Source: Eutreptiella sp. 'Long Island Sound 2002' (Eukaryota > Protista > Euglenida). From it: a DNA stretch of 64,000 nt. The stretch lies in the NCBI GenBank assembly GCA_964036045.1, contig OZ038378.1, positions 34,038,001 to 34,102,000 on the forward strand. The letters run 5' to 3'. How positions within the stretch are numbered: position 1 is the stretch's first letter; each line of letters starts with the position of its first letter. The position numbers were made by a program, and so were the translations under genes. This document shows, piece after piece, positions 59,100-64,000 of this stretch. The notes under the pieces are model-generated. The model saw only the letters and a program-made list of their open reading frames with translations, was not told where the DNA came from and searched no databases.

Positions 59100-59720
59100 G
59101 GGTCACAACATTTCCTCCTGGATGGACCGTTTTTACAGGCGGCGTTTCCGACCATGCTCTGGTGTAATGATGTGTCCTTGAATTGCACGGTTGCTACCAT
59201 TCTTCTTATGCCTCAGCCCCTAGACATGTATACATGGTTCCCCTCACTGTATTCCCTGTTGAGCCGTGTTGCCGTGTTGCAAGTGCATTGTGGCACAGTC
59301 ACCGTTTGTCTTGCAGTGTTGTTCAGACTATTGCTACTACACTGGTACCCCTTAAGCACATCCGCACCCCTCTTGATGTGAGCTGGAGGCGTGTACGTAC
59401 CCACCCATGGAGACCATGTCTGTTTTCACAACTAGTCATTGGTGCAAAAGGGGACTTGATACAGTTGCTACACATGTTGCACGAAGTACAATAGCACACG
59501 GGTTGCATTCTGCCTGTTCTCGTGGATGAGATTATTTATAACCGCATTTGTAAGATTGTGTATGGGCAATCGTATGTACGGTGCAATTTAGGCAGCTTCC
59601 TAGGCCGGATACCCCCCCTCTACGCCATCTGGCACCACTACAAGTATGCCGTAACCATGTGTTAGTCTACGTTCTTCCCCTTCCTGATCTATGTGGTTTC
59701 CGACATTTGTTGCTGGCAGT
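59100..59720 (+). pseudogene. Decayed putative RNase H-fold transposase-like gene of an unassigned family
   Basis: WMDRFYRRR, NDVSLNCT (frameshifted), then frame 2: LKHIRTPLDV..WRPCLFSQLVIGAKGDLIQLLHMLHEVQ*HTGCILPVLVDEIIYNRICKIVY..IPPLYAIWHHYKYAV. Confidence 0.4.
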
Positions 59721-60519
59721 GGAGCACAAGATATTGACGACCCCCATGATTCCGATGATCACATGGAGGACTGCAGTGCCTTGAAGCCGGCCACACCTGG
59801 AAAAACGCCAAACCAGCTGGTGTGAAGTCTCCTACGACAAAGGGCAAAGAGTGGTGGTAGGGCACTGGGCCCATTCCACTCATGTGTGCAACAGGCCACT
59901 ACTACTGCCTGTAAGACTAAGAATAAGTGATCTACGTCCAGTTGGGTATGTATTTGTTGGTGCGCAATGCTTTGATTCATGTTTTGAAGGAAAAGCGCGC
60001 TCTAGCGGGCTTGTGTCGCCAAAAGTGAGCTTGAGACCATATTTATGCCAATTTTGAATGCCAGAGCGGTGCTGCAGTGCGTTTGAATGTGAATTCGTTT
60101 TTTTTGGTGCCTACTAGAGGGGCCGTGTGCCTACAGGCAATGTGTTTCAATTTTTGTTCACCTGACAATACTGTTTGATGCAACATTTCATTTCCGACTT
60201 GTATTTCATACTGTTTGGAAGTGACCCATGGCAGGTCGCTGTTGTGCCCAAATTGAGCATGATGTCCTCAATTTTGTTTCCTCTCGTCCCTGTGTGAGAG
60301 GTGTGCATGAACTAGGTATTTCGAAAGTGGCAAGGCTATTAGTCAAAACCCAAAAATAAAATTTCTATGCATTGTGGGGGGTGAAAAACAGCCTCAAAAG
60401 CTTTGCTCAAGTCCATAGGGCAATCTAAACCTTGAGGTGTGGCGGACTAGGAGCCTAAGGCTTGCCACTCAGGAGGGATTGTGCATGTTTATACTTCTTA
60501 GGCGGCCACTTACGCACAA

Positions 60520-61196
60520 CTTTTAAAAAAGAAAATTTCCCGTGTCCCACACCGATGCCAACACCTTGGACATGGGCATCTCCACAGATACTGCAAATTT
60601 GATGATGGTGCTTTTCACATCGCCCATTTGCTTGCTTGCCAAAGTACTCCCCTAGCACAAAATCTATCCCCCCTCAGGGGTGAGGCAAGAGTGCCCTCTG
60701 TCCCCCTCGATCTTTGGAGTGCTCATTTCGCCGGTGATGCAGAAACGCACGTCCATCTCCGCGAGCGTACACCTGTTCTTGTACGCGGATGATCTGTGGG
60801 AACTCCAACCAGGCAGTGTTCATCTTCGTTCTTGCTTGGGCTGATATACGACTTTTCTCTAAATTTTCGGGACTCCACGTCAACTGCAAAAAATTTGCAA
60901 TTTTTCGTAAAGGGCATTGGACGGAATTGCGCAAAGTTCAGCTTTTGGGCACAGGACTGCCAATTGAGGACTCCTACAAGTACCTAGGCATTCAATTCGG
61001 TGGTGTCACCACGCAAAAATCGTACTCACACGCCTTGCAAGAGGCAATGGCCAGAGCTTTCACCATGCAAACTTGGACGCTCTCTCTTCCTGCAAGAATC
61101 CATCTCCTCAAACTCCGGATCCTTCCACTGTTCGTCTACACTGTGCGGGTCATTTTCTCCAGTGCGGGTGTCGCCTCTACGTACGCTTCTGTATAG
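60520..61196 (+). pseudogene. Reverse transcriptase fragment, L1/Tx1-like LINE
   Basis: SGVRQECPLSPSIF, VHLFLYADDL, FSKFSGLHVNCKK, SYKYLGIQFG; truncated at a (TA)n run at ~61200-61230. Confidence 0.9.
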
Positions 61197-62084
61197 AGTG
61201 TATATATGTATATATATATATATATATACAAGCTCTAAAGCCGAACTCCTTGGGCATTACCTTGGACATTTTGTCTCATCCACAGGATAAGGGAGGTTAC
61301 AACCTAGCCCCTAGGACCTTTCTTTGCTGGCAACACTTTCTTTGCTGGCAACACTCCACGGCCTTTCTTAATTACGTTAGGATCCGGTGAGTGTCCCGCG
61401 AATCCTCGACTCTCTTCTCCGCCTTTTGCACAAGATGTGGGGATGAGCATCACATTGGCCTCACTACCCCATTTTTAGATGGGATCCAATTTGATTTTGA
61501 AGCGCATGCCCTATTTGGGCCGGTGCGCAAGACCTTTCTCTTTGGTCAAGAAGGAATTGACACTCGCTGAGCCTAACATATTTTTTAATGACATGCTGCC
61601 CTGGCACTCTGCCTTCTTCAAGTTTCCACAACGGCTTAGTTATTTCGCCTCTTCTTGATTAGGGTAGGGGTTCTCATAGTTGGACAGCTATTGGAAGATG
61701 ACCCCCCCCTCTCCGATCCGGCGCCCACCTAGCGGCCTATTTACATGCAACGGCTATCCCAGTCAAAGGAACCCACCCCAGCAGCCCATTGTGTTCCCAT
61801 TCGGCACCTTGATTTCTGGTTCGGCTGGACCCGTGCTCCCGTTGCTACTATGTTGTCCGTACAAACACTCACCGAAGCCCCGCCAACAGAATGACATTTG
61901 GCTTGCATTTAAAAGGGTAAACCTACCTCCTGCTTACAAAAGGCTGCTGCCGAGAGGAGTGTGTGGGGGGGTTTGGCACAAGGCCGCGGTAGAGGAGTGT
62001 GTGGGGGCGGGAAGGGGGGGAGTTGAGAAGTGAAAAGTTGCATGGGAGAGATCGGGGAGGTGGGGAGAACTCGTGTGAAGGTAA

Positions 62085-63300
62085 TCACGGGCGCTTTGGT
62101 GCCCTTGGCGTGGAAAATGTGGAAAAGTTGGATTTCGGTGTACATAGCCTTGGAATTTTAGGATGCATGAAACACCCTTGCTCAGCGAGGTGGTCCGCCT
62201 CGTTGTTCCCATCTATGGTGACATGTGACGGTACTTTGGCCCAGTGGACAACGCGATTTGTGTTGTCAAGTTCAACGAGTAACTGGTCCGAGAGCGGGAC
62301 ACTTGAGACGGGGCCACATGAGCCAACCCAACCCTTGATCTTCAAGTGGTGTGTGGCGCCAGAGGTGCCTAGGATTACGTACTGTGAATTTGTGCAGATC
62401 GCCACTTTAGTAGCCTCTTCAAGAGTGAAGACTTGCAGCGCTCGGAGGGCAGCCAAAAGTTTTGGCGGAGTTGTTTGTTTGGTGCAAATCGCCAGGCACA
62501 TAGGCAGCAATTGAAAGGCGGTCATTACAGAAAACACCATAACCCGCCAATCTTGCAATTACCTCTTCCACTGCCGACGATCCGACATCAAACACTACGG
62601 AGACGCTTTGCTCGGCGAAAGCCTGGAGAACGTCCTGTAGCTCCTCTGCTCATTGGAGTTTGTGGAGCTGCCGTGCCGAGGCATGTGCTTTCATTCTGGA
62701 TGGGGGTGTGGTCACTGGGACGTTGGCAAAATCGAGCGTCGGTGGGGGGGGGCTCTGTTGTTGTGATAGTTGCAAAAAAAAATTAATGAACCAAGTCAAG
62801 ATGTCATCAGGAATAGGGAGCCATCACGGGCAGGTCTTCACAAGGAGAGGGCGTACTCCCACTGCCGACAAAAGGTTTCCCAAGTAATGCGGTAGAAGCC
62901 GCTGAACTCTTTTTTGCATCTCAGTGACCAGTTGGTGAAGAGTGCAGACCAGCCTAGGATGCCCGCAGGGGTCTCCAAAGAGCTCGCGGCGGAGTATTGT
63001 AAAAGATGTCGGACTGAGATGGGATGGGTGCCTGATAAGCGGAAAGCTGTGTCGATGACCTCGAAGGCCCCTGTGAGAAAGTGGCAATGATAGATTGAGT
63101 GATGAATTGATTCAGGCTCATTGTCAACCCAACCTGTGGTGGTTTCCAAGACTGTTGTCTCTCCCCCACGAAGCTTGGCCCAAAGGGCTTTGTGGACCTT
63201 GTGGGCGCTGGACCTCCACCTCATGCTTGAGGATGTTGAGTCCAGCGAAGCTGAGAACAAGAGCACTGGTAGCATGGTATCTCTGCAATCAGTGGAGACT
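62085..63300 (-). pseudogene. LINE C-terminal fragment: CCHC-type zinc-binding region followed by a terminal RNase H
   Basis: KALWAKL..ESIHHSIYHCHFL..WSLRCKKEF; then LAGYGVF..QTNNSA, LLAALRAL, AICTNSQYVILG, VHWAKVPSHVTIDGNNEADHLAEQG. Confidence 0.85.
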
Positions 63301-64000
63301 CTCTCCTACTCTACGAAGTGCAGTGGGTCCTCCGGTTAATGCACACAAGACCAGAGGGTCGCGCCTTTCCCCACGGCCCCATCACGCCATCATACATAAC
63401 ACTCAAGCACATGGTACCACAGAAGAGACATGGATACTACAACGCACAACACCATAGACTGACATTGTCAACAGCTCAGGTTCGATTCCTCGTCTCATCA
63501 ACACGTCCAAGGGCCGATGGCATGCCCCCCCCCCCCTCCCCTACACCAGCACGCCTCTCCACCAGTACTGCTGATGGCGGGTTGGTGTGTCTCGTCATCT
63601 TTTTTTCCTATCTCATCCGACGGCAAAAGAACACCACCACCCCTGCAGTAGCTGGCGCACACAATCCGCCAACCAGCATCAATGTTGGATGTAGACTACG
63701 CCCCTCTCCGTCTGTTTGAAACTAAACTGCTACATCCTAGGGTACGGCCGAAGGAGTGCCATGCGTAGCAGCCCGAACGCCGTGAGCAAGTATGTAGTGT
63801 ATGAAAACAACTGTTGGTTGCCGATCACATGTGGGACATCCGAGGTTCGATTTTTCACAAGTTTCTAGGCACGAGCAACACGATGCCACTGTGCATACCA
63901 ACCAACCCAATCTCTGCACTTACGATTGTGGAGCACCCCAACCAAGAAGGAGACAAAATGTGCAGGGTGCGAGAATTTATGGACTAAGGGCTGAAATTGT

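Noticed and set aside
1-64000. rRNA, tRNA, 5S or spliced-leader RNA genes
   Set aside because: No sequence with recognisable conserved motifs or a cloverleaf was seen; tRNAscan-SE/Infernal would be needed to exclude them formally.

Overview
Repeat- and transposon-rich eukaryotic genomic DNA. It has conventional GT-AG introns, short CCCTAA telomere-type runs and frequent C/G homopolymers; a large-genome protist such as a euglenozoan is plausible, but that is inference only. No rRNA, tRNA, SL-RNA or CRISPR/cas features were recognised. The one likely host gene is a split 4-TM claudin/PMP22/amastin-superfamily gene (exons 2701-2856, 3745-3895, 5766-~5953, possibly ending in exons at 19.6-20.2 kb). 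Most of the rest is decayed mobile DNA. This includes a cassette at 7.9-12.5 kb with a PhyH-like 2OG-Fe(II) dioxygenase plus Zn-finger pseudogene, a coiled-coil ORF and three palindromic AGGAA-Cn-TTCCT modules, and hairpin-forming 42-bp and 63-bp minisatellites (14.6-18.8 kb and 29.5-36.85 kb; the two 63-bp families are inverted homologues). It also includes a long APE-RT-RNase H-CCHC LINE directly downstream of the 7.4-kb array, a (CCCTCTCCCA[A])n tract, and a piggyBac transposase whose 3' flank abuts a 2.3-kb foldback element. Further along are a possible Transib/RAG1-like transposase fragment, three ~1-1.2-kb tandem units separated by telomeric repeats, a decayed putative DDE gene of an unassigned family, and fragments of a second L1/Tx1-like LINE with a C-terminal RNase H. 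All family assignments come from motif recognition by eye; no searches were run.
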